Source: Chlorokybus atmophyticus (Eukaryota; Plantae; Mesostigma and Chlorokybus algae). Taken from it: 64,000 bases of DNA. The translations under genes were made by a program, and so were the position numbers. Positions 11,327 to 23,774 of the stretch are shown here, in pieces; the stretch's first letter is position 1, and each line of letters opens with the position of its first letter. The notes beneath the pieces were generated by a model that was given only the letters and a program-made list of their open reading frames with translations, was not told the origin of the DNA and made no database searches. The DNA lies in the NCBI GenBank assembly GCA_009103225.1, contig RHPI01000585.1, positions 62,001 through 126,000 of the forward strand. The letters are read 5' to 3'.

Positions 11327-14300
11327 TTATTTGTCACAGTCTTCTGATGTGCTATGATGCAGACATGGCACATCGTTTTCTTGCAACAGGGCGTCTCCCC
11401 ATGCGCGGGGGGGGGGCTCTTCAATGCGNCAAATCAGCACACATGGTGCACGCGGGTGTGCAAGCTGCCTCTGCCACCAAACTCTGTTATCGCGTTGCAG
11501 GCGTAGCGACTCCCATCTGAATGGCGCAGCATAACGCTCCACTGCCTGCTTGCTCACCTGTTGCCCGTCTGCCGCCATACACCACCTGCTGGTCTTGGTG
11601 GTCTCGTCCAGCATGCGTTCAACCAGGCCCTCGACATGGCTGTCGTTACTCGTGTACTCCCCCGCATCATCATTTTCTTCGAGCTTCCACAGAATCAGCT
11701 CGACGTGCCGTATGACATACAGCCACTGCCAGCCAAAGCATGCCAAGTACAGCTCGAATGGTTTTACTTGCCACCCAGTTTGTTTGCTCAGGTAGTGGCA
11801 CACATCTCGACCCGCATTAGTCGACATCGACAGGTACATCTGCTGCAGCAGGTCGAAGTTCTGCTCCGCAGATAGCTCTTGCACATTGCCGGGGTGCTGC
11901 GGCAGCAACAACACCATCATATCGAGGACGGCGAGGGGCAACAACGTATTACGGATGGCCATATCGTGTATGGGTTCCAACCACGGCCAATCCCCAGAGG
12001 TCTGTTTAGACCGCACTCTTCGCGTTTGCTCCCACTTATTGCAAACTTTCGTCACCCACCTCGAGGCATGCCGCATGCGGTGATGCAGCGCGTCTTGGGC
12101 GTACTGTAGGGTGATCAACTCCTTTGCACTACGAGTCAGCCCCCCAAAGCGTCTGCGCGTCGGTGCTTTGAGCTTAGGCAGCTCGTGCCGCACCGGCTGT
12201 CTCTCTGGACGATGCTGAGCAGCCACTTGACGCTGTAAACCCGCCTGTGCCTACTCAGGACACACAGTCAGCCCCAGTGAGGCTTCAAGGCGCTGTGCTT
12301 CTTCTAATGTTGTAACGATGCCTCACCTTTCCTTTTTTGGTCCTGTCAGCGTCCTTTGTTCCAACAACCTTCTTCTTTTTTTTTTTGTCACCCTGCACAT
12401 CCTGGCAGGCGCTCTCCGTGGCACTGTCACTCAGAGGAGGTAAGGCGTTATCTTCTTGCTCCACAGCCTTGCGCTTGTTGGTTGCCTCCCGTTCCTCCAC
12501 GACCTCATGTTGCTTCATGAGGTCGAGCATGAAGCCTTTGTCTTTCAGCGCAGCTTTCAGGACACCTCGATCAATCTCTTTACCAACAAGACAGGCTGGG
12601 ATCAATGTGGCAAGCTTAGAGGGAGAGGGCGAGCTACAGCTGCTTCTTGATGGAGATGCCTCCGGATGGTCAGAGTGCGGTGGCAAGTGAGTCTCCGCGG
12701 CAGGAAGGGAGGGTGCTGAATTGGGATTGCGAGCATGTGGCTGTGGTTGAGGGGAGGCAGGATGTGCAGAACACTCGGCTACTTCTTGCCTAGCACACGA
12801 AGGCGAGGCCTGAGGCGTTGGCGCAGCACTCTGGGTCACAGCCGGTGGTAGCGGGGAATTGGCAACGCCATGCCGCCACTCTCCGATCAGGTGTGTTACC
12901 TCCGGTGGCACTTCATGCATAGGCCACGACCACTGTTCGGTGCTTGCAGGCTTGAGGAGCCAAAAGTGTGCTTCTGGCTCATCAGGAGCAGTGTTGCCCA
13001 CCACCAGGACTGAGTTGGGGGCTTCTTTATTTCCAACCCAAACTGCGCTGCCGGGCCGTGGCACCCACTCCCCATGCTCGCGCTGAACGGTCACGCAGCC
13101 AATCAACAAGCCCAGCTTGTTGGCAAACATGGTCATCTGCAGGTGCTCGACGTACACATCTTTTCTCCGCACGATCTGTCGCACCTTGGCCATGGCTAGG
13201 TCAATGTTGCAGTTGATATCAGCCAACATGGTCGCAGGCAGTTTGTCGTAATACTGCGCCATCTCTCCCGCGGCACCAGTGGCTCTGCAGAAGTCTAGGA
13301 TTCTGCTCGCCACGCCTGCATCGACAGCCTTGGCGGTGATTTTGCGGAGAGTGTGCCCCCTGCCGTCGTCGTCCATGGTGTCCAGCATGGCCCAAAATCT
13401 GCTCGAGCTGGGGCACTTGTGATCATCCAGGACACTTTGCGCTATGGATGGCCTGGCGCGAAATACACAATGGTAGAAGCAATTACCATCCGTTGGCGCA
13501 TTGAAGTGGTCCCATGAGGCGAGCTGGCCACCTAGCATGACTGATGGCCGTATGCGGGTTGCGGCCAGCTCCTCTGATGACTCGCTGGCAGGTGGTGACC
13601 CCTGCTGCATGCGCATACAGCACTCACATGGTGTGTCCAACTGTGGACGGCAAGAGTCACAGTGACTGATAAAGTACCTGAGTTTGGGGCAGACTGCCGG
13701 CTTCAACTTGCAGCGGGTGGGGTAAGGTAGGTGCAGAAGCCACATCGGTTGTTGCATTGTGCTGTGGTCTCGCCGGTGGCGGCAAGAAGGATTGTTGCCC
13801 CGCAATCACCGGTGCTGCTCGTGGAGGAGATGGCAGTGCACGAAGGACTGGTGCCGCGGAAGGTGGTTGCGCTCTGGCTGGGAGGGGAGCAGGAGCTGCA
13901 GGTGAGACCACTTGTGCATGCAGCAAGGGGGGCTGTATACAGGACCCAGGATAAGATGGCTCACAATGTTGCAAAGGACGAATATAAGCTTATGCAGTGC
14001 CTGACGCATTGTTACCAAGGCACGAGCATAAAAGACAGCGACTTACCTCAATGGCCCGTGGGCTGCATGGAGCAGGGGAAGCCATGGGGGCTGACAAGGT
14101 GGTATTGGCTGCACTCTCCCCGCCACCCTCGATGGCAGACTCGTCACGGAGCTCGTGAGCCATGGGCACATCATGCGCCACTGCCCCAATGGACATGTCG
14201 GGATTCAACAGGCCAACATGCATGTTAAACTGATGCCGCATTGCCGCCGCGCCCATCAGCAAGTGGGATTGAAGGACCAATTGATGGGACTGAAATCAGG

Positions 14301-15255
14301 CTTGCATAGAAGCTCCAACAGGACCTAGTGCACTGTGGTGCTGTCAACCAATCACATGTGGGTTAGCTGCATGCTTGCGACACTGCAATTGCAATAGTCA
14401 ATTGCGTCACACCGTCATCAGTTGGTTGCTTCGAACAGTCACCTGCGGCATGGTTGATGCACGTATGATTGCATGGACTGCGTCATTGCTGGTTGATGCA
14501 CCATTGGTTGAATGCCGGACGAATGGCCACGCGCTCCTGTGCTCAAACCCAGCCTACTTCGTTCGGCACGCGCGCGCGACTTCGCACGCTCACGCACATC
14601 CTAGCATGCAAAGGTAGGCATGCATTGGAGGTGCATGCAGTCAACATGCACAGCGAGATTGGCAACAACATACCGCCGCCCAGCTCTGTCTATCTGCTCT
14701 GGCTTCCGCAATGTCGGCTTGACTGTAGGGTGGGTATGGGTGAATAGTGGAGGCCTGCAGCCACGCTACATATATCACATGGACTGCGCTAAAAAACAAA
14801 TTGCTCTTGCAAGGAAATGCATGTGACTGTTGAGCGTACCTCTGCATTCCTTTGTGCTTGTTCCCACAGCCGCAATTGGTCCCGCATGGTTCTGACAAAG
14901 GGCTCCAGAGACTGCAGCTCTTGATCCACTCCTTGTTGTAGAAAGCGAGCCACCAAGCAGCTCTCTGTGTGAAGACGGTCTTTAATGGCTTGCCTGCTGG
15001 TTTGTCCAATGTTGGTGATGCATGTTTGACAGCCCCATTGCTGACGCCTGCCATGATCCATGACGTGGCGACCGGTAGTAGCTGGCTTCGCTGCTTGAAC
15101 TCTTACGACCACAACTTCTCGCAAGATGTGCCACGCCGCCGCCGCCGCCGCCGCCGCCTCCTCCGACTCCGGGTCCTCCGCCTCCTAGTCGAACCCAGGC
15201 CCATCAAGCCTGACATTCGACCCGTCATCGACTTGGTGCCCCTGCGTGCCATCAT
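11327..15255 (-). pseudogene. Multi-exon gene with a central OTU-like cysteine protease domain; upstream exons carry premature stops
   Basis: HFNAPTDGNCFYHC (Cys box) ... YVEHLQMTMFANKLGLLIGCV ... EAHFWLL (His box). A phase-0 GT-AG intron at 12233-12326 joins ORF 12285-13805 in frame to ORF 11327-12226. Further Pro/Ala-rich exons (13657-13974, 13990-14350, 14641-15255) are joined by plausible GT-AG introns, with in-frame TGA/TAA stops. Confidence 0.7.
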
Positions 15256-15324
15256 CCGGCCATCAATGAAGCGTGTTTGGGTGAGTGCACGCTAACTCTC
15301 ATTTGGGCTGCTCGAGCAATGCCT

Positions 15325-15476
15325 CTGTCGTACCATGGATGGTACGACAGAGCCATTATACGGCAATGGCTGGGGTTGGACGAGAGATGCCTTTGTCGTA
15401 CTATAAATGTACGACACAACCATTGTTACCAATGGTTGTACGAAGCATGGATGGCACGAAAGCATAAGTCGTACCA
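15325..15476. promoter_or_regulatory. Inverted-repeat cluster with six CGTAC/GTACG sites in a divergent intergenic region
   Basis: Perfect 12-bp arms CTGTCGTACCAT-GG-ATGGTACGACAG (15325-15350), plus TGTCGTAC-n7-GTACGACA and AACCATTG-n4-CAATGGTT. Confidence 0.65.
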
Positions 15477-15659
15477 TCAACCATAGGAGCAAGGACGCAC
15501 AACAAGTGCGACTCTAGTGCGGGACTCTAAACGTTCAAGATCGCCTCATTTTCGTTTTCGCGCCTCGTACATTCGGGCGGGCCAACCGGCGGCGGCAGCG
15601 TTGAAGGCGGCAGCGCCACTATCAGCTAATTAGGCGGCACCCAACTATAAGTTGGAGAG

Positions 15660-17493
15660 ATGCCTCGTGGTCCATCCGTAAGTGCACCTCGTCGTGGAGG
15701 TCGGCGCCAATTGTCCACATTGCTCCCAGTGTTCAACCAGGCAACCGTCGCCAACCAATTGCAGCAAGACCCCGCGCTAACGCCCAGCACATCACAACAA
15801 CTCCGAGTCCACATGACACCGCAGTCGCAAGGGCAAGCTAGACTGCATGCGTTCTTGATGCACTGTGCACGTTGCTTCTTGCTCAACTTCTAACTTGGAT
15901 GCTTGCTTCTTTCATGACTAGCACAGTGACTCACTGCATGCGTTCTGGATACACTGTGTACGTCGTTCTTCTTTTGCAACTGTGAGGGTTGCATCTTTCA
16001 TGGCTGGCAGCATGACTCATGTGGTTGTGCTTGCAGAGGGTCGATTGGAACCCCCAACCCAAACGCATTGGGCCGTGACGTGGCAACCTCGGCCGTCAGC
16101 AACCCTTCCCCAAGCAAGTGGAAGATTGGCAACGAGGTAAGCACTGTGTGACACTGTGACACTGTGTGTATGTGTGTAACGGATTGTTCTACTGTGGACA
16201 ACATTTGCGAGATGCCGTTGTTGAAATCATAAACGGCCACTGGGTAGAGAGCCACGTTTATCTCAAGGAGCACACTATTTGTAACGTCATGTGTCAGGTG
16301 CTGTGAATGCTTCATGACCGCACTGCACCGTGACACTGACCAACTTGCCCGTGACAGGTAGTTGGCTTCGACCATGACCACGAGGCCGATGCGGCTAAGT
16401 TCTATGAGGTGTACTGAACTCCCAAGGAGTGCCCCTTCCACTGGAGTGTCGCCTTGAAGAAAGCTACGCAGGTCCGGTCTGAGAACGTCACCAAGATCAA
16501 GCATGTCCTTGAGAAGGAGTACAAGTGGACACTGTTTAACATCAACAAGCGCAAGTGAGTTGGGTCCCTCACCACCATGTCTGCTATGCAACACTGCCTT
16601 CTTACTCAGCCTCCATACACACATACTCATCTCGCCTATTGCAACCGATTCAATCAGGCACAGCGACGCCCTAATGGACCTGGAGACCCAAAGAGCCCAG
16701 ATGCGCAACGCGCTCCAAAGTAAGTCACAAGCACTATTCTAGCCTGGTGCAGGCTCAACTTGAACTATCTGTTTCGTGACTAATGCCTTGTCGGTATGAC
16801 TGTCGCAGATAAGTCATGGCGGAGATTTGAGGTGACCGACACTGCAGACCCGGAGCGGAGGAGATACATCCATGAATGGGGCAATCCCATAGTCTGGCAA
16901 ATGATCGTGCAATGCTGGTCTTACGCCGTCACTACACCTGATCGCCGGCAGCTGACAGTCAACCACCTCGCATACCTGTTGCTTACGATGAGCACTCTGA
17001 ACTCCATCATTCGCAATTTAAGAATGCTGTAGCCCCAAACTACAGGCTTGCAAACGCGTTGCAGTGAATAGTGGCTTTCGATGCCACTAAGACATGCCTG
17101 TAAAGTACGCAGGTGGAGCGCATCCTAAAGGGCAAGGATGGAGACCCTCTCCCAGCTGCCAGCATAGACACACATGAAGAGTACCTCAGCGAAATCAACA
17201 CCATGATCATGTCAATGAAGCAGGAGATGAGGCAACGGTACGCAGCCCTCCAGCCATTCACCCTTGTGAAACGCCGCACTGCATCTTGTGTCAAATACCT
17301 GAAAGATCCCAATCGGCGCCGGCCGTAAGAGACAGCAGCTCGTGACCCGCTCGCTGAGGCAGAAGCGGCATTTGATTGGCTGGCACAACCGTTTGAGGAG
17401 GAACAGCAAGCTCCGGCGTCTCCTCCACAGGCCCCAGCGCGTGGTGCTTTGTTCCGTAATGACGAGCAAAGCGATGATGGAGAGGAGCTGTAG
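15660..17493 (+). pseudogene. Multi-exon gene of unknown function, with in-frame stops
   Basis: Coding-like exons bounded by GT-AG: MPRGPSVSAP..., VVGFDHDHEADAAKFYEVY*TPKECPFHWSVALKK..., DKSWRRFEVTD...IHEWGNPIVWQMIVQCW..., VERILKGKDG...PNRRRP*ETAARDP...SDDGEEL*. Confidence 0.55.
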
Positions 17494-17852
17494 CGCAGTT
17501 GGTAGTCCGTTTAGCTGGTAGTGTACATAGCTACAAGGCTCTTGTAACTGAGTGTTGTGCGTCTTAAACCAGCTCAGTCAATCGTCATTATGCTCATGCA
17601 TGTCAATACTTGCATCTCTATGATATACAACATAACTGCTTTCAAGTCACATAATCGAACTACAAGCCTTGGCAAGTGACTGAGAGACACTGTACACATT
17701 TCAGGTACCTGTACACAGCACAGGCACATAACAATGCTGGCAGTCAGTGACAGTCGCGTGTAGTCAAGCTATGCAAATACATATGACGACAGTTATGCAT
17801 TAGTCACCTTCAGTTGTTAAAGGATGCCTCAACTGTCGATAATTACCTAATT

Positions 17853-18207
17853 GGTGCTTGTGAATTAGGCTTAGTCGCCTGCGCTGGACTGGTGTGTAAC
17901 CTGCAGGTGCCTGTCACATAGGCTGAGTCACCTAAATAAGACTGATGTGTAATTTGCAAGTGCCTGCTAGTTAGGTGTAGTCACCTATTAAGGCCTGATG
18001 TGGAACTTACAGGTGCCTGTAAATTATATATAGTCACCTGTTAAGGCCTTATGTGTAATTAATAGGTGCCTGTAAATTATACAAAGTCATCTGGTAGGGC
18101 CTGATAGGTAGCTAACAGGCGCCTGTTAATCAGGCATAGTCAACTGTTAAAGACCAAATTGTAACAAAAAGGGCCTAATAGTAACGAAAGTTACTATTAG
18201 GTCCCTG
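17853..18207. repeat. About six degenerate 53-bp tandem repeats followed by a 15-bp-stem GAAA hairpin (18171-18205); putative transposon terminus
   Basis: Units begin GGTGCCTGT and contain TAGTCACCT and AAGGCCTGATGTG. Hairpin: GGGCCTAATAGTAAC-GAAA-GTTACTATTAGGTCC. Confidence 0.7.
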
Positions 18208-18279
18208 TATCAAGATTACAGGTGGACTGAGCCACGACAGTCTAGATTGGTGTCCTCAGGTGCTCGGCCGTTGCCAATA

Positions 18280-19038
18280 TTTAGTCAGCCGGCAGGGAAA
18301 ACATATTCCGATGTCCTTTTGTTGTGCTCAAGCGGAAGACAATGCCGCGCGACCTCAAGGTGCCGGGCATGCACATCTACGCCAACGAAAAAGGGTGGAT
18401 GAATGAAGATATGTGCGTGGAGTGGGTGGACGTAGTTATGAAGAAGAGCCCACTGGTGCTAAGTGATGTGCATTGACTGCTTGTAACATACATGTGTGTA
18501 CAAGCGGTTCTTGTTGCTTGTGTGCATGCATGTGTATTTGGTGTTGTTGGTGTTGTGCACGCTAACTGGCTGACTGGTTGTGGAGCACGCACACTTGTTT
18601 GTGTGCACACTAGCTGGCTCCTTGCTTCCGACTGCTTGTGCGCATGCTGCTTGTGTGCATGCATGCGTACTTGTGTGTGTGCACAATGACTGGCTGGCTG
18701 GTTGCTGAGCACGCACACTTGTTTGTGCACACACTGGCTGGCTTCTTGCTTCCGACTGCTTGTGTGCATGGATGCGTACTCGTGTGTGTGCATGCTGATT
18801 TGCTGACTGACTGGCTCCCACGCTTGTTGTGGCTTGTGTGCAGATTTTCGGCAAACGAGCTCTGCTTGTATGGGACAGCTTCAGGGCCCATTTATGTGAC
18901 TCTGTGGGCAAGGCGCTGCAACACATCCGCGTTGACCAAGCTATCATACCAGGTGGTATGACAAGTGCCTTGCAGCCCTTGAACATTGGCCTGAACAAAA
19001 TTCTCAAAGACATGGTTAGAGCAAAGGTGCGTTATTGA
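18280..19038 (+). pseudogene. Pogo/Tigger-type DDE_1 transposase remnant containing an intron
   Basis: VVLKRKTMP...YANEK(fs)WMNEDMCVEWVD, then KRALLVWDSFRAH...IIPGGMTSALQPLNIGLNK. It is frameshifted, and the third catalytic D of LQPLD reads N. Confidence 0.85.
18470..18840. repeat. About three ~110-bp tandem repeats inside the intron of the pogo remnant
   Basis: Repeated GACTGCTTGTG(T/C)GCATG...CACGCACACTTGTTTGTG...CTGGCT(C/T)CTTGCTTCC. Confidence 0.7.
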
Positions 19039-19080
19039 CGATAGATGAGTACGAGACGGGGGGACTGTAGGGGTTTACAC

Positions 19081-19166
<86 letters not shown>

Positions 19167-22100
19167 NATCTTATATTATACATACATTACACCATATATA
19201 AATGAAAGATATGCATATATGCCATGTTACATAGCATTATACATATTATATGCATATAATATTATAATATTATAGAATGTTATATATATAGGGGTAATTT
19301 TGTATGCATAATTTATATAATACATGCAATCTATTATACATAATATTTAGATAGTTTCACATGGCTTACATGATCTGAACATGTCCCACATGTATTAAGA
19401 TAATACATTAAGTACTAACGTTTCTGCCACGTTACGTGAGTGGTGCGGCTTTGGTCGGGCCATCACACGGCACCCGCGACTGCCGGGCTGCGCGGCAGTA
19501 TGTGCGGCCCGGCTTCTCATTGGCTAGGCGGCGAGTACAAGCGTTACACCGTTAGATCTGCTTCGTAAACGATCCTGGCCGTCTAAAGCACAACCAATTG
19601 TTTAAACGCATGCCAATGTAAAATTAAGCACAGTTCTGCATACGTGGCCGCTTATGGCTGCATGTTGATCATTTGTGTGTGTTACAATACATTTATTACT
19701 AAACATGGAGATACAATGATACATGTTGATACCTTTGATGTGTTGCAAAATGAAGCACATCTGTTGCAATATGGTGCAATATGGCTAGCAACCTGCAGTT
19801 AAGCGTTAGAAAACTTAACAATCAACATTACGTTCATGCCACGGTACGTGCTAAGATATTTAGTCAGTAATGCCAAGGTTACAAGCAATAAAATAATGCT
19901 AACCTAAATTACCTTAACATTAAGATTCAATTAAACAAAAATCTGCATCGTTAGGCCACCATTTGGTCACACTTGAATTTATTCAAATGGGATCGCAACG
20001 GTGACAACAGCCGTTGCTTAAAAAGGCAGCAAATTGGCCAATCATTGCAGAGATGCATAAAAGATGCTGAAAACCTTCTCGAAAGCAATTGCTAGCCAAC
20101 AGCGACCCAAAATCGCTAGCGATTTTGGGCAATTGCAGCACAGTTAGTGGTTAAATTGGCGGCGTTTTTGGCGGTACGAGGTCGGGGCAGGCCCCATACC
20201 CCAAAGACATGCCGCCACTACTCACCCTCGTTCTAACTAATCCACTCTACCATGTAACGCTAGTTGATTACACGCTATAGTTACTGCGTCATCAAACATG
20301 GTCAACAGCCGAAAGCCGGTTCACATGATGGTTGACTGCCCCCACTTGTAAACCACAGCATCCGTCATAGTGTCCTCACGTTGTCCATGTTTAATGTGTT
20401 CACAGCGGGCAGGAGATGTGAGTGGACATAATTTGCTCCGCATTTCTTGCTATGCCATCTCGTTGAGAATGGCAATGGCCGTCCGTGTGCAGCATGCATG
20501 ATGTGCTTTTTGAATTGCTCAAATTTTATAATTGTGGCTAATTACACATATGCACATTCTCATTAATGTTACACAAATAGTGTAATTATTGTAATGAACG
20601 GAATCGGCCAATAAATCTCGCCGACGACCCGCCGCTTGAGCCAAGATCCATGTCCTCATACTAGTGAGTAGTTGCATGCATATCACCTCACTCGCCTCAA
20701 TCAATGATGAGGTCTTTTGCCGGCAAACACCATGCTACATGCAGATGTTGATGGTATTAAAAACCTCAATTTGAGGTCGCTTGAGAACGAAGAGAACATA
20801 TAACGACTGAGGTATCGGATCGGTTTATTGGCTCTGTTGTACCCATACTTAGATTGAGTGGAATAAACAAGATGCATAATTACAAATTACTATTTATGTG
20901 TTCATCTTGAAAGAATTTCAACGGTTTTTTAATATTATTCGCATGCAAAGAGATTGTCAAATAAAGCCATTTACAACGTACATGAATATAATGTGCATTC
21001 CACTTCAAATAACCATTCTTGCATGAATGCATGCATATCTTTCAAACATTGTTGTATAAGATGTTGTGCTTGATCGCGCACCGAGGCAGTAAAAAGCAAA
21101 ACTTTTGAAAAAGTGGTATCGTTGCATATGCTTACATTGATCTATAATGTAATTGAGGCCCCATATATAAATACCATGTCATATTGAGGTTGATATTTCA
21201 ATATTGCGCTGCAGCTGGCAAAAATCTTGTTATTCAGCATTAACAATCTCACATTAGCAATAGCTTCAACACTTCTGTGGAGCTTGTGTATCTCATGTGA
21301 ATGTTTGTGATACGATTACATTTATATTATAAGGTTGTAACATCGGCGCCTTAACCACTGCCGGTGGCCCACGGTAGCAAAACTTGCTTCATCACACGAT
21401 TGATGCACCAATAATCAAATGTAGTGTTGATGTAACCGTGGCACAACGCATGCCCAAGTATAAACACGCGCTCCTTGTTTGCGTAAGTGGGTTTGCATAC
21501 CATCAATTGTCGCATCTGTCATGATAGCATTAACTCTTGTATGCACATGCACGCTGCACATCCTTCTGTACAACTTGCATCAAAGCAAGCTATCACTCCA
21601 GCAACATCTGTACTGATCATGCTCGATGATCGTAATAATAATGACGAGATTTGCACAATAGATTACTTAGTATAAACGCACATCTTGTTTGCAAAAAGGC
21701 AATACTTGCTATAAACTTGCATTGAAAGCCCCGACATGACATTGTGATAATGGCACAGGCTTGCGGTTGCAGTTCTGTTGGTGCAATCTCCATTATCGCC
21801 ATCTGCTGCTACTACCATGATCGTATACTTCGAGCAGGAGACATATCATTGATGCAACCTCGCCACATATGTATCACATATCGTTCTACCAAAACTTACA
21901 GTAGAACAATATGTCGTATGCTATAAAAGTTACAGTAGATTGTTATGTCGTGTCAATCACACTGCTTGATAATATACGTATTAATACATGCTTAAGATAC
22001 TTGTTATACTATGTCAACGTGCTTTAAAGAACACCTGATATGATTTATCTACAACTCTATGCTTATTATGTATCATATATGGGGGCTATTCGGTTTTATA

Positions 22101-23774
22101 TTACGTTTGCTTCAATATAGCGATGTATAGCCTTATTAGCCCCCGCAATACTTGAATAGAATTTTATTATATGAAAGCGTAATTCGGGGGCTGCATGCAT
22201 ATTTTTTTAATCATTGCTGTTATATGAGAAGATCATACAATGACCTTGGCAAGTATCCTTTGCCTCTAATCCATACGTGATTATCATATGGTATTTGCTA
22301 CATTGCAAAGTGGTTAAAATTTCTGCTTTAGGCTGAGCTAAACAAATCGCAAAAATGACCAAACGAATACACAAATAAATTTTCACCACTAAATCAAAAA
22401 CTACATGCAAGAAAATCAAGCCATGTGGCCCATTCTTGAAAGTACATTGAGAATAACAATATGTGAGTGCGCGCTTTTATCATAACGCTTTAAGATTAAA
22501 TAAATGTGTGTTTTACAACAATGGATAAGACCAGTGTCAATTGATCAACATCATAATCTTCTCACGCCCTCTTTAATAGCTTTATTAATGTATATTGCAA
22601 TAGATGTATATCATCGGCGCCGTAACAACTCCGCTATGGCACAAGTTGCCGCCATATGAGATCCAATCCACAGCCAGCAATATGTGCGAAATCTATGTAC
22701 TCAACTCGTTGACCCGTAATGTCAACGGAACCCCTAATAGGCAATCTTGATCTTAAACACTTAAATTGATGACGCGTGCTAACGAACAGCATGTCATGGT
22801 ACACGTGCACGGTTGTTCAGGACTAGACGCATGTGCTCAATGTGTTGCTATGTGAAATTTCCGTAAAAAAGAAAACAAACCAGGCAAACCACATTTGAGA
22901 ATCGTGCCGATATACATTATTAAGACTCAATGGCGTAAACCCCTAAACTTCCATAGGTGGAATGGAATCCACAATGAACATTTAAATTCAGCCTCCTGAG
23001 TTGCAGATGCATGTTCAAGTGCGCTCTGATAGAATCCTTGATTGATTAAAATGAGGGTTGAGGCTGAGGTCGAGGTTAGGGTTTGAAATTGCTCAATGGT
23101 CCCGGTCGTTCAAAAATTAAAAGCGGAGGGGGCCTGTTTGAGAACACTTCTTGGTAGGCTGAGCCTGCCATCGACAGCTTAAGCTCAACAAAGTTACCGC
23201 TACACATGCTACAAAACACAGCAAGCGAGCAAGTAATCAATGATTATTAAATACCAAACAGCAAAAATGAGTTACCGTTTTTACCCCAATACAATCCCCC
23301 CCAAATACAGGCCCCCCCGGCAAAATTAAGGGGGGGACTGTGTTTGAACGTTATATAATCCCCCCTCCCATTTTGTATCCCCCCTAAGGGTGAATATAGG
23401 GTAAAGTGTGCCATTTATACGTACATATGTCAACATCATAATCTTTGATGTATGCATGTGTTGATGATAAATATCTTCACGACAACATCAACATGTTTAT
23501 TAAAGTATTATTAATATTATGACATACACAACATGACCCTTGCTTTATGATATCGATCTTTCACACATCACCGTGTATGTCACTGTATGCGTGCGGTTTA
23601 TGTGGGCGGTACTAATGCCAGTCGTTGGCAGCAACCTGCCGCCCTTGGGTTACAGTTGATACAGTAACCGGAGCGGATCATCTACGTAGATATATCACCC
23701 GACGCCGATGACGTATGTCATCGGCTCACATACAGAATGTAGTCCCACCCGCCCTAACAGCAACCCCCCCGTAT

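Noticed and set aside
13610-13805. Cys-rich N-terminus of the 506-aa ORF (CKLKP...CECCM) as a zinc finger
   Set aside because: It overlaps a predicted intron (GTACTT...ATGCAG) and an exon read in another frame, so it is probably not translated.
17853-18170. Regularly spaced repeats that could suggest a CRISPR array
   Set aside because: The units are contiguous degenerate tandem repeats with no unique spacers, there are no cas genes, and the context is eukaryotic.
19084-19167. Long poly-C tract giving poly-Pro ORFs; similar tracts at 29995-30258 and beside N gaps at 37287-37686 and 44989-45040
   Set aside because: Homopolymers adjacent to N characters are most likely sequencing or gap-filling artefacts. 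The poly-P, poly-G and poly-X ORFs are not credible proteins.
19170-23700. AT-rich 4.5-kb stretch with short ORFs
   Set aside because: No recognisable coding or RNA signal. It looks like old, decayed repeat sequence, and I cannot assign families by eye.
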